Shown here: positions 42,017-50,917 of the stretch, one piece after another | How positions within the stretch are numbered: position 1 is the stretch's first letter | Layout: every line of letters begins with the position of its first letter | The notes under the pieces: model-generated | Databases searched by the model: none | Told to the model about the DNA's origin: nothing | The model's input: the letters and a program-made list of their open reading frames with translations, nothing else | NCBI GenBank assembly: GCA_963666515.2 | Contig: OY762897.2 | Location: 4,096,001-4,160,000, forward strand | DNA from: Candidatus Binatia bacterium | GTDB taxonomy: Bacteria > Desulfobacterota > Binatia > UBA9968 > JAJDTQ01 | Direction: 5' to 3' | Length of the DNA: 64,000 bases | Program-made: the position numbers and the translations under genes

Positions 42017-42055
42017 ATATCTTAAAAGACGTTTTATAAGATGTCTGTTTGAGGC

Positions 42056-42457
42056 TTGAATGTTGTCGTCGCTGCCTTTCGCAGCCGTCGTGGTGCAAGC
42101 AACCTGCTTTTGAGACTGGTGGAAGAACGGCGGTTGACGATACTATGCTCTACTCCTCTCTTCCTGGAGTACGAGGCAGTCCTGAGCCGTCCAGAGACGC
42201 GGGCAGTGACCGGCCATGGACTTGACGACGTTGAAAGGATCATGAGCACGCTTGCCGCACTCAGTGAACCGGTAGAAATTCTCTTGCACATTCGGCCGTT
42301 GCTGCCCGATGCCGGTGACGACATGGTTCTCGAAGCGGCTCTCAATGGAAGGGCAGACGCCATCGTCACGCACAATGTCAGGGACTTCGGCCAAGCGCGT
42401 CGATTTGGGATGGAGATTGCACCGCCCAACCAGATTGTAAGGAGGTTGACTGAATGA
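42056..42457 (+). pseudogene. PIN-domain toxin lacking its first strand and first catalytic Asp
   Basis: Begins (L)NVVVAAFRS rather than VLDTNV; in-frame TGA just upstream; retains DAGDDMVLEAA and VTHNVRDF. Confidence 0.6.
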
Positions 42458-42717
42458 CGAACACGCGGCGCTACAAGTATCCGTTGCAGTTGCCTGTATC
42501 CTTGAAGGAAACGGCTATACGTCTTGCGAAGGAGGACGGCGTCTCGCTCAACCAGTGGATCGTCGCAGCAGTCGCGCAGAAGGTCGGCGCGGTCGAGACT
42601 GCAAAGTCTTTTCTCAAGGAGCGCGGAGTCGGAGCGGTGGAAGGCGATTTGAAGCGCTATCTCGACAGAGCGCCGGATGTACCTCCCGAGCTGGGCGACG
42701 AGGAGTTTTCTTCCTGA
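42454..42717 (+). CDS. RHH (HicB-like C-terminal/Arc) antitoxin
   Basis: YPLQLPVSL...AKEDGVSLNQWIVAAVAQKV; ATGA overlap with the PIN gene. Confidence 0.8.
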   Translation: MTNTRRYKYPLQLPVSLKETAIRLAKEDGVSLNQWIVAAVAQKVGAVETAKSFLKERGVGAVEGDLKRYLDRAPDVPPELGDEEFSS

Positions 42718-42718
42718 G

Positions 42719-42746
42719 TTGACACCGTGTCACGATGGGATAACAT
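42719..42746 (+). promoter_or_regulatory. Sigma70-like promoter with overlapping palindrome
   Basis: TTGACA-16 nt-TAACAT; TGACAC-C-GTGTCA palindrome over the -35; ATG 9 nt after the -10 with no SD. Confidence 0.5.
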
Positions 42747-42755
42747 GAGCGTCCC

Positions 42756-44240
42756 ATGCCGGCTTCCAGGTCAGAGAAGATCCGCGCGCGCCTCGGCCAC
42801 CCGATCATCGACTCCGACGGGCACACGGTGGAGTTGACGCCGGTCTACCTCGACTACCTCAAGCAGGCGGGCGGCGCGGACATCGTCGCCCGGTACGTGA
42901 AGGCCACCGCGGCGCGGGGCACCAACCGCTGGCATGACATGACGGAGGACGAGCGGCGCCGCGACTGGACGCGCTGTCCGCCGTGGTGGGCACGGCCGAC
43001 GCGCACGCTGGACCGCGCCACCGCGTCGCTCCCGCGTCTGCTCCACGAACGGATGGACGAGCTGGGGCTGGACTTCACGGTGCTCTATCCCACCGAGGGC
43101 ATGGGCGGGCCGCCGGTGTTCCGGGACGAGGAGTTGCGCCGGGTAGCGTGCCGTGCCCTCAACACGTTCCACGCCGACATCTACCGGGACTACGCCGACC
43201 GCATGACGCCGGCCGCGGTGATCCCGTTCCAGAACCCGCGGGAGGCCATGGAGGAGATGGAGCACGCGGTCAACGTGCTCGGGCTCAAGGTCATCGTCTT
43301 CACGCACCAGCGCCGGCCCATCCCCAAGGGCCAGGGCGGCCCGCCGGAGTCGGCCCAATACGCCTGGCGTCTGGACACCTTCGGAATCGACAGCGAGCAC
43401 GACTACGACCCGGTCTGGGCCAAGTGCGTCGAGCTGAAGGCGGTGCCGACCTCCCACGCCGGCTCCCAAGGCATCGGCACCCGCCAGTCGATATCAAATT
43501 ACGCGTACAACCACATCGGCCACTTCGCCGCGGCCAACGAGGCCATCTGCAAGTCGCTGTTCATGGGCGGCGTGACCCGGCGCTTCCCCGGCATCCGGCT
43601 GGGCTTCCTGGAATGCGGCGTGGCCTGGGCCTGCGTCTTGTACGCCGATCTGGTGGGCCATTGGGAGAAGCGGGGACCCAAGGGCATCCACAACCTGAAC
43701 CCGGACAACCTCGATGAGGAAGAGCTGCTGCGGCTGGTGGGCGAGTACGGCAGCGACCGTGTGAAGGAACGGCTGGACGACATCCGCAAGTTTTTCGAGG
43801 GGGCCGACGCCTCGGCTATCGGCAACTACCGCAAGGCCCACGAACTGAGACACCCGGACAACCTCGACGACTGGGCGCGGTGCAAGATCGAGGAGGCGGA
43901 GGAGATACGGGACCTGTTCGTGCCGCATTTCTTCTTCGGCTGCGAGGCGGACGATCCCACGGTGGTGTGGGCCTTCAACGCCCGGGTCAACCCCTTCGGT
44001 GCGCGGCTGAATGCCATGATGAGCTCGGACCTGGGCCACTGGGACGTGGCCGACATGCGGGAGGTGGTCCCGGAAGCCTACGAGCTGTTGGAGCGCGGGC
44101 TCCTCACCGAGGACGACTTCCGCGATTTCGCGTTCACCAACGCGGCCCGATTCTACACGGAAATGAACCCCGACTTCTTTGCCGGGACGGTGTGCGAGGA
44201 CGCGGTGGTGAAGGGCCTTTCCTCGAAGCCGGACATCTGA
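42756..44240 (+). CDS. Amidohydrolase family 2 protein (long form)
   Basis: IDSDGH, YNHIGHFA, FLECGVAW and SSDLGHWD motifs. Confidence 0.9.
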   Translation: MPASRSEKIRARLGHPIIDSDGHTVELTPVYLDYLKQAGGADIVARYVKATAARGTNRWHDMTEDERRRDWTRCPPWWARPTRTLDRATASLPRLLHERMDELGLDFTVLYPTEGMGGPPVFRDEELRRVACRALNTFHADIYRDYADRMTPAAVIPFQNPREAMEEMEHAVNVLGLKVIVFTHQRRPIPKGQGGPPESAQYAWRLDTFGIDSEHDYDPVWAKCVELKAVPTSHAGSQGIGTRQSISNYAYNHIGHFAAANEAICKSLFMGGVTRRFPGIRLGFLECGVAWACVLYADLVGHWEKRGPKGIHNLNPDNLDEEELLRLVGEYGSDRVKERLDDIRKFFEGADASAIGNYRKAHELRHPDNLDDWARCKIEEAEEIRDLFVPHFFFGCEADDPTVVWAFNARVNPFGARLNAMMSSDLGHWDVADMREVVPEAYELLERGLLTEDDFRDFAFTNAARFYTEMNPDFFAGTVCEDAVVKGLSSKPDI

Positions 44241-44276
44241 GCCGTTCTGTTTCCAGACACGGCCAACGGGAGATTC

Positions 44277-45335
44277 ATGGTGATTCGTATCGGCGTCATC
44301 GGCGTGGGATTTGGTGCGAAGGTGCAGGCTCCGGCGTTCCAGGACGAAGGATTCGAGGTGGTGGCCATCTGCTCCCGAAGGGAGGAGCGGGCGCGCGAGG
44401 CCGCGGCGAGCCTGGGCATTCCGCACGCCTACACCGACTACCGCGAGATGCTGGAACAGCCGGACCTTGACGCGGTGAGCATCGTGACGCCCCCCAACCT
44501 CCACCACGACATGACCGCGGCGGCGCTGGACGCGGGCAAGCACGTGCTGTGCGAGAAGCCGTTCGCCATGGACGAGGCGGAGGCCAAGGCCATGCTGGAC
44601 AAGGCCCGCGGCACCGACCTGACCGCCATGGTCGCCCATGAATTCCGCTTCGCCCCCGCCCGGGCTTACGTCAAGGAATTGTTGGAGCAGGGCTACATCG
44701 GCGATTTCCAGAGCGCGTCCGTGACCCTCTTCATGAGGGGCGGTCCGCCCGGCGGGCGTCCCGGTTTCGACTGGCGCCAGCAGTATTCCTACGGCGGCGG
44801 GCAACTGGGGGGCCTGGGGTCCCACTACATAGATTGCCTGCGGGACTGGTTCGGAGACGTCTCCAGCGTCAGCGGCCGGGTGTTCACGCCGGAGAACGGC
44901 GCCCACGGCGACGACACCTCCGATGACGCCTTCGGCCTGCTCATGACCTTCGCCCGGGGTGGCTGGGCCTCCCTGGCGGCCAACTTCGCCGCGCCCTTGG
45001 GCTCGAAGGTGCGCATGGAGATACACGGCACCGACGGGAGCTTGAGCCTGTCTCACGCGGGCCCGAATCCTCCGCCCGACGGCACGGTCTTCGGGGCGCG
45101 GCACGCCGAGGACAAGGAACTGCGCGAGCTGCCCGTGCCGGAACGCTTCCACGTAGAGCCGGACGAGCGGGACGCGCGCCTGGGGGCGTTCCGGGTGCTG
45201 GCGGCAAGGTTCCGCCGCGGCATCGAGGAGGGGACCTCGCCCACCCCCAACTTCGAGGATGCCTACCGCTGCCAGCAGATCATGGACGCCGTGCGCTTCG
45301 GCGGCGCCGGAGAGTGGGCGGACATCGGGGAATAG
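44277..45335 (+). CDS. Gfo/Idh/MocA oxidoreductase
   Basis: IGVIGVGFG, CEKPFA and GSHYID motifs. Confidence 0.9.
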   Translation: MVIRIGVIGVGFGAKVQAPAFQDEGFEVVAICSRREERAREAAASLGIPHAYTDYREMLEQPDLDAVSIVTPPNLHHDMTAAALDAGKHVLCEKPFAMDEAEAKAMLDKARGTDLTAMVAHEFRFAPARAYVKELLEQGYIGDFQSASVTLFMRGGPPGGRPGFDWRQQYSYGGGQLGGLGSHYIDCLRDWFGDVSSVSGRVFTPENGAHGDDTSDDAFGLLMTFARGGWASLAANFAAPLGSKVRMEIHGTDGSLSLSHAGPNPPPDGTVFGARHAEDKELRELPVPERFHVEPDERDARLGAFRVLAARFRRGIEEGTSPTPNFEDAYRCQQIMDAVRFGGAGEWADIGE

Positions 45336-45347
45336 AAGGAATCCGCC

Positions 45348-46496
45348 ATGGCGAAGAACGGCTTCAAGGTGCTCGACAGCGACATGCACGTGTTCGAGCC
45401 CCACGACCTGTACCTCAAGTACATGGACCCCAGGTGGGGCGACCGCATCCCGCGCGGCGAGCCGCGCAAGCGCCACGGGCAGATCCGCTTCACCTTCGCC
45501 GACGGCACGCCTGTGCGGCCCGGCGGTTCCGGGCTCCGATCCCCCCGGGGCGCCCAGGAGCAGCGCTTCGTCAAGGTCGCCCCCCACTACCGGAACTCCC
45601 TGGCCCGCGACTACGACCCGGTCTCGCAGCTCGACGCCATGGACGTGGAAGGACTGGATGTGGCCGTGCTGTTCCGCACCTTTCCGCTCCACTGCGACGA
45701 CGGCCTGGAGGCCGAGTACGCCATGGCGCTGTGCCGCGCCTGGAACGACTGGATCTTCGACTTCTGCAAGGAGAACCCGGCGCGGATGAAGTTCGCCGCG
45801 CTGATCACGCTCCACGACGTGGACCTGGCGGTGGAGGAGGCCCGGCGCGCGGTGGAGCAGCTCGGGGCCGCGGGACTATGCCTGGTCCCGGAACCGGTCA
45901 ACGGCAACCACATCCACGACCACTGTTTCGACCCCCTGTGGGCGGAAGCCCAGCGGACGGGAGTCCCCATCTGCTTCCATCCCGCCGGCTTTCCCAGGCA
46001 GGAACACGCGGCGCTTCGCTTCGTCGGCCACCCCAACGACGGTTTCCTGGTGAGCACCTACAGCAAGGCGCTGGAGTTGATGATGGCCATCGGCAGCTTC
46101 TGCGGCGGCGGGGTGCTGGAGCGCTTCCCCCGGTTGCGGGCGGTGTTCCTGGAGGGCAACTGCAGTTGGCTGCCGTGGCTGCTCTACCGCATGGACGAAC
46201 GCTGGCGCGACCGCAAGGACCAGCTCGACGAGCCCCTGAGCTTGCCGCCTAGCGACTACTTCATGCGCCAGTGCTTCGTGTCGGTAGATCCGGACGAGGG
46301 CCTCGTTACCGACGTCATCAGCCGGGTGGGAGACGACAACTTGGTGATTTCCACCGATTATCCCCACGACGACGCCCACTGGCCCCACGCAATGGAGACG
46401 TTCCTGGCCATCGACGGCGTCACCGACGGGTCGCGGCGAAAAATCCTGTGGGACAACTGTGCGCGTCTGTACGACGTGTCCGGCCCGGAAGGCTGA
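45348..46496 (+). CDS. Amidohydrolase family 2 protein
   Basis: LDSDMH, FLEGNCSW and STDYPHDD motifs. Confidence 0.9.
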   Translation: MAKNGFKVLDSDMHVFEPHDLYLKYMDPRWGDRIPRGEPRKRHGQIRFTFADGTPVRPGGSGLRSPRGAQEQRFVKVAPHYRNSLARDYDPVSQLDAMDVEGLDVAVLFRTFPLHCDDGLEAEYAMALCRAWNDWIFDFCKENPARMKFAALITLHDVDLAVEEARRAVEQLGAAGLCLVPEPVNGNHIHDHCFDPLWAEAQRTGVPICFHPAGFPRQEHAALRFVGHPNDGFLVSTYSKALELMMAIGSFCGGGVLERFPRLRAVFLEGNCSWLPWLLYRMDERWRDRKDQLDEPLSLPPSDYFMRQCFVSVDPDEGLVTDVISRVGDDNLVISTDYPHDDAHWPHAMETFLAIDGVTDGSRRKILWDNCARLYDVSGPEG

Positions 46497-46537
46497 CGCG
46501 GACGTTCACGCGGTAACCAGCAAGAAAGGAAAGCGCT

Positions 46538-46714
46538 ATGAGTGAGTTGAGTGCACTAATACAGGAGTTCAACGCTTTAGGACGAGAGCATCTTGACTTG
46601 GACCACGATAATCCCCAAGCGGTGAACGAATGGGAAAAGAAGTTTCAGGCATGGGAAGAGAAGTTAAAGGAATGGAAGCATGCGCAGGGGATAAGGGACC
46701 CTGGGGAGAACTAG
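46538..46714 (+). CDS. Small orphan protein, 58 aa (below the ORF-track cutoff)
   Basis: AAGGA RBS, then MSELSALIQEFNALGREHLDLDHDNPQAVNEWEKKFQAWEEKLKEWKHAQGIRDPGEN*; AT-richer than flanks. Confidence 0.55.
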   Translation: MSELSALIQEFNALGREHLDLDHDNPQAVNEWEKKFQAWEEKLKEWKHAQGIRDPGEN

Positions 46715-46733
46715 TCGCCGTCCGCAACGCCTC

Positions 46734-47957
46734 ATGCTCACACGCTACGCACGCGGCACCTTCAGCGTCGATTGGGAGGACCGTTACGACTTCCCGGCGT
46801 TGCGGCGCAAGCGTGTCGAGAAGGCCCAGCGGGAGTTGGCGGATTCCGACCTGCCGGCGCTGCTGCTGTGGAAAGACGAGAACGTCCGCTATCTCACCAG
46901 CCTGAGAGCTCAGCTCATCACCGGCAAGACCACCGCGCTCAACGGCGTGTTGCTGGCCAAGGGCGAGGAGCCGATCCTGCTCTGCTCCGGCGGCGAGCAC
47001 GACAAGACGCGCTTCGGCATGCCCTGGCTGTCCGGCGTCCACACCATCCCCATCATGGAGCAGCGTGAGTTGACGGACGGGTTCGTCACCTCCGTCCTGA
47101 AGCCGCTGCTGAGTGACCTCAAGCTCACCGGCGGCCGCCTCGGCATCGACCAGGCGCCGCTCTGCCTCATCGAGTCGCTACGGAACCATCTCTCGGAGAT
47201 CGAGCCCGTGGACGGCGACGTGGTCATGCAGCGGGCGCGCTGGGTCAAGCTGGACGAGGAGATTGCCGTCATCGAGGAGTCCTGCGCCCTGGGCGACAGC
47301 GTCACCCAGCGGGCGCTGGACGAGACCCGCGCCGGGCGCCGGGAATGCGAGGTGGCCGGCGACGCCATGCAGACGCTCTTCCACTTGGGCGGGGAGATGG
47401 CGCACGTGATCACGCCCTACGTAGCGTCGGGCGAGCACATGTCGCCGCCCCACCGCATCTGCACCGACAAGATCATGCGCAACGGCGACCTCTGCTTCAT
47501 CGACATCGGCGCCATGTGGAACGGCTACTTCGCCGACATCGGCCGCACCACCATCGTCGGCAAGCCCACCCGCCGCCAGCAGGAGATATACACCGCGGTG
47601 TACGAGGGACTCATGGCGGGCATCGAGCGCATGCGTCCGGGCAACACCAACAAGGACGTGTCCGACGCCATCGTCGCCCGCATCGCGCGCTACGGCCTGG
47701 CCGAGAACCTGTTCAGCCTTTTCATCGGCCACGGCATCGGCATGGGCGCCAACGAGCCGCCCTACATCGGCGAGACGCTACCGGGCGCCACCGTGTTCGA
47801 CCTTCAGCCGAACATGGTGTTCGCCGTGGAGCCGCTGGTGTGGGTGCCGGACGTCCGGGGCGGCGGCGGCGTGCGCATCGAGGACATGGTGCTGGTCACC
47901 GAAGACGAGCCGCACATCCTCTCGCGGGTCGAGTACGAAGACCGGCTGCTGCTCTAG
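46734..47957 (+). CDS. M24 (Xaa-Pro peptidase-fold) hydrolase
   Basis: IDIG..GYFADIGRT, GHGIG, AVEP and RIEDM give the canonical D,D,H,E,E ligand set. Confidence 0.9.
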   Translation: MLTRYARGTFSVDWEDRYDFPALRRKRVEKAQRELADSDLPALLLWKDENVRYLTSLRAQLITGKTTALNGVLLAKGEEPILLCSGGEHDKTRFGMPWLSGVHTIPIMEQRELTDGFVTSVLKPLLSDLKLTGGRLGIDQAPLCLIESLRNHLSEIEPVDGDVVMQRARWVKLDEEIAVIEESCALGDSVTQRALDETRAGRRECEVAGDAMQTLFHLGGEMAHVITPYVASGEHMSPPHRICTDKIMRNGDLCFIDIGAMWNGYFADIGRTTIVGKPTRRQQEIYTAVYEGLMAGIERMRPGNTNKDVSDAIVARIARYGLAENLFSLFIGHGIGMGANEPPYIGETLPGATVFDLQPNMVFAVEPLVWVPDVRGGGGVRIEDMVLVTEDEPHILSRVEYEDRLLL

Positions 47958-48015
47958 CCCATCCGTTCCGCCACCCTGTTTGCCCAACTGGTGTCGACTT
48001 GTTTTACTCGACCCT

Positions 48016-48930
48016 ATGCAGCCGGTAAGTATTCGAGCGTGGCGGCGCCCACGGACCGTGTTGCGTGGCTTGGCCTTGGGCGCGCTCGTGGGGGTCTTGT
48101 TCGCATCGGGCGCCGTCGCGGGAGAAGGGCGGCTGCAGCTTGCCTACCGCGTGTATTTTGCCGGCGTCCACGCCGGCAATCTCGGTCTCGGCGTCAGCTT
48201 CGATGCGGCGGCCTATGACGCCGATGCCGCGGCGTTCGATCTCCATGCGACGGCCTACGCGGTAGACGCACGGTTCAAGACCACCGGTCTGGCCAAGGGG
48301 CTCACGCGCTGGAAGACGACGGCCTATTCGCGTGGCACGCTCGTTCTGGGGGACGTCGTGCCGGTCCGGGCGGGGTATCGGAACAAGCAGTGGTGGAGAA
48401 AGCGTCTTGTGGAGCTTGGCTTCGACCGGGGGACGCCAACGCTCGTGCGCATGAAGCCCCGCAGGAAGCCTCGGGTCTCCCCCTCCCAGCTCAAGGGGGC
48501 GCTCGATCCCGCCGGCGCATTTCTCGCGGTGCTTGCCCGTTTCGACGCCGGGAAGGGATGCGGGCTGCGCATTCCCATCTTCGACGGACGCCGTCTCCGT
48601 GAGCTGGTGGGCGAGACGGACGGGGACGGAACCGGGCGGCTTGAGGCCGGCCGGCACTCGCCGTTCGCCGGCCCCACGGTCAACTGCCGCGTCCGGCTCG
48701 AAAGGAAGGCCGGGTTCAAGCCGAAAACCGGCGACCAGCGAGAGCGCAAGGACATCGAAGTGCAACTGCGGATGGCGCGCGTGTTCGACGAGATGCCGCC
48801 CGTGCCGGTGCGCCTTGCCAGCGACACCGGGTACGGCACCCTGGTCGCATACCTCCACCGCGCGAACCTGGACGCGGGCATACTGAAGCGCGAGTTGCGC
48901 CACCGCCACGGCAGGAAACGCCGGCGTTAG
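48016..48930 (+). CDS. DUF3108-like exported protein
   Basis: Signal/TM segment; LAYRVYFAG, GALDPAGA, IPIFDGRR, PVPVR..DTGYG. Confidence 0.7.
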   Translation: MQPVSIRAWRRPRTVLRGLALGALVGVLFASGAVAGEGRLQLAYRVYFAGVHAGNLGLGVSFDAAAYDADAAAFDLHATAYAVDARFKTTGLAKGLTRWKTTAYSRGTLVLGDVVPVRAGYRNKQWWRKRLVELGFDRGTPTLVRMKPRRKPRVSPSQLKGALDPAGAFLAVLARFDAGKGCGLRIPIFDGRRLRELVGETDGDGTGRLEAGRHSPFAGPTVNCRVRLERKAGFKPKTGDQRERKDIEVQLRMARVFDEMPPVPVRLASDTGYGTLVAYLHRANLDAGILKRELRHRHGRKRRR

Positions 48931-48931
48931 T

Positions 48932-50916
48932 CTGAAGTTCTGGGGCCGGATTCCGGCCTGACAGCCTCTAACTCATTGTATTGGATAGACATTTGGGGAT
49001 TCAAGGGCAGATTTCAGGCGTAACATGTAGTCACTAAATAGACTTGACTCATTCGGTGATTGTGCTACAATCCCATGTATGCCAAGACGCAAGGCCGCCG
49101 TACACGTCGTTACTACCACGCGTCGATACAAAGACCGAGTCTACACCACCCACCTGCTCAGGCGCTCCTACCGCGAAAACGGCAAGGTCAAAAACGAAAC
49201 CGTCGGCAACCTCTCCCACCTGCCCGATTCGGTGGTGGAACTGGTGCGCCTCGCACTCGGCGGCAAGACCCTGGTGCCGGCCGAGGAGGCATTGCAAGTG
49301 TTGCGCTCACGCCCCCATGGACACGTGGCTGCGGTGCTGGGCACGGTCAAGGCGCTGGGGCTGGAGCGGCTGCTGGACTCTCGGCACAGCGTCCAACGCG
49401 ACCGTAGTGTGGCCTTGATCGTGTCCCGGGTGCTGTGTCCGGACTCGAAGCTGGCCACGGCGCGGGCGTTGGATGCCGAGAGTGCGACGTCCACCCTGGG
49501 CGAGGAACTCGGCCTTGAGGCGGTGCAGGCCGAAGAGTTGTATGAGGCCATGGACTGGCTGGGGGAGCGTCAGGGGCGCATCGAACGCAGTCTGGCCAAG
49601 CGCCATCTCCACCACGGCACGCTGGTGCTCTACGACGTGACTTCGAGCTATCTCGAAGGGCGGCGCTGCCCGCTGGGGCGCATCGGCTACTCGCGGGACG
49701 GCAAGAAAGGCAAGCTGCAGATCGTCTACGGACTACTGTGCAACGCCGACGGCTGTCCGGTGGCGGTGGAGGTCTACGAGGGCAACACCGCTGACCCGAG
49801 CACTTTGGCGGACCAGATCCACAAGGTCCGCGAGCGCTTCGGGCTCGAGCGTGTGGTGTTCGTCGGCGATCGGGGAATGTTGACCAGTGCGCGCATCGAC
49901 GAGGAACTGCGCCCGGTGGAGGGTCTGGACTGGATCAGTGCACTACGCAGCGATGCCGTCGCCAAGCTCGCCCAAGACCAAGGCCCCTTGCAGTCGTCCC
50001 TGTTCGACCACACCGACCTGGCTGAAATCGCTCATCCAGACTTCCCCGGCGAACGCCTCATCGCCTGCCTCAACCCCCTGCTGTGCCAGGAGCGTCGGCG
50101 CAAACGCCAAGCCCTGCTGGACGCCACCGAGCAGGAACTGGACAAGATCGTCCGGGCCACCCAACGCCCCAAACGACCGCTTCGCGGTGAGAGCGCCATC
50201 GCACTGCGGGTGGGCCGGGTGTTGGGCCGCTTCAAGATGGCCAAGCACTTCGACATGACCGTCACCGAGTCCTCGTTCCGCTATCAGCGCAAATCCGACG
50301 CCATCGCTCAAGAGGCCCGCCTCGACGGCCTCTACGTCATCCGCACCTCCGTCCCTGAGCCCCTCCTCGATGCCACTTCCACCGTCAGCGCCTATAAACG
50401 CCTCGCCGCAGTCGAGCGCGCCTTCCGATGCCTCAAGACCGTGGACCTCCACGTGCGCCCGATCCACCACCGCCTGTCCCAGCGCGTGCGCGCCCACGTC
50501 TTCCTGTGCATGCTCGCCTACTACGTCGAGTGGCACATGCGGCGAGCCTGGGCTCCACTCTTGTTCGCCGAAGACGACCCCCAGGACGCCGCTCGCCGCC
50601 GCCCCTCCCCCGTCAGCCCCAGCGTGCCCTCCCACAGCTCCGAGCGCAAAGCCGCCACCCGCCGAACCCCACAGGGGCAACCCGTGCACCACTTCCGCGG
50701 TCTGCTCCGCCACTTGGCCACCCTCACCCGCAATACCCTTCAACTCCAAGGCTCAAAGCTGACCTTCCAACAACTCACCCTCCCCACCGACCTCCAACGC
50801 CTCGCCTTGGAACTCCTCCACCTCAAACTCCCCGTGTAGTCAGAACCCGTACTGCCGTCTCAATCCTATTCCCCCTAAATTCAACCACTTACGCTGTCTT
50901 GGCCTCAGAACTTCAG
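48932..50916 (+). mobile_element. IS1634-family insertion sequence, apparently complete
   Basis: TIR CTGAAGTTCTGGGGCC (48932) vs GGCCTCAGAACTTCAG (ends 50916), 15/16 match; direct repeat GTTAGT at 48926-48931 and 50917-50922. Confidence 0.92.
49079..50839 (+). CDS. IS1634-family DDE transposase
   Basis: LYDVTSSY, GYSRDGK, VGDRGM, VERAFRCLK and RVRAHVFLCMLAY motifs. Confidence 0.93.
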   Translation: MPRRKAAVHVVTTTRRYKDRVYTTHLLRRSYRENGKVKNETVGNLSHLPDSVVELVRLALGGKTLVPAEEALQVLRSRPHGHVAAVLGTVKALGLERLLDSRHSVQRDRSVALIVSRVLCPDSKLATARALDAESATSTLGEELGLEAVQAEELYEAMDWLGERQGRIERSLAKRHLHHGTLVLYDVTSSYLEGRRCPLGRIGYSRDGKKGKLQIVYGLLCNADGCPVAVEVYEGNTADPSTLADQIHKVRERFGLERVVFVGDRGMLTSARIDEELRPVEGLDWISALRSDAVAKLAQDQGPLQSSLFDHTDLAEIAHPDFPGERLIACLNPLLCQERRRKRQALLDATEQELDKIVRATQRPKRPLRGESAIALRVGRVLGRFKMAKHFDMTVTESSFRYQRKSDAIAQEARLDGLYVIRTSVPEPLLDATSTVSAYKRLAAVERAFRCLKTVDLHVRPIHHRLSQRVRAHVFLCMLAYYVEWHMRRAWAPLLFAEDDPQDAARRRPSPVSPSVPSHSSERKAATRRTPQGQPVHHFRGLLRHLATLTRNTLQLQGSKLTFQQLTLPTDLQRLALELLHLKLPV

Positions 50917-50917
50917 G

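Noticed and set aside
50280-50840. Strong C-rich strand bias in the transposase 3' half as a hidden element
   Set aside because: It lies fully within the intact transposase frame and shows no repeat unit
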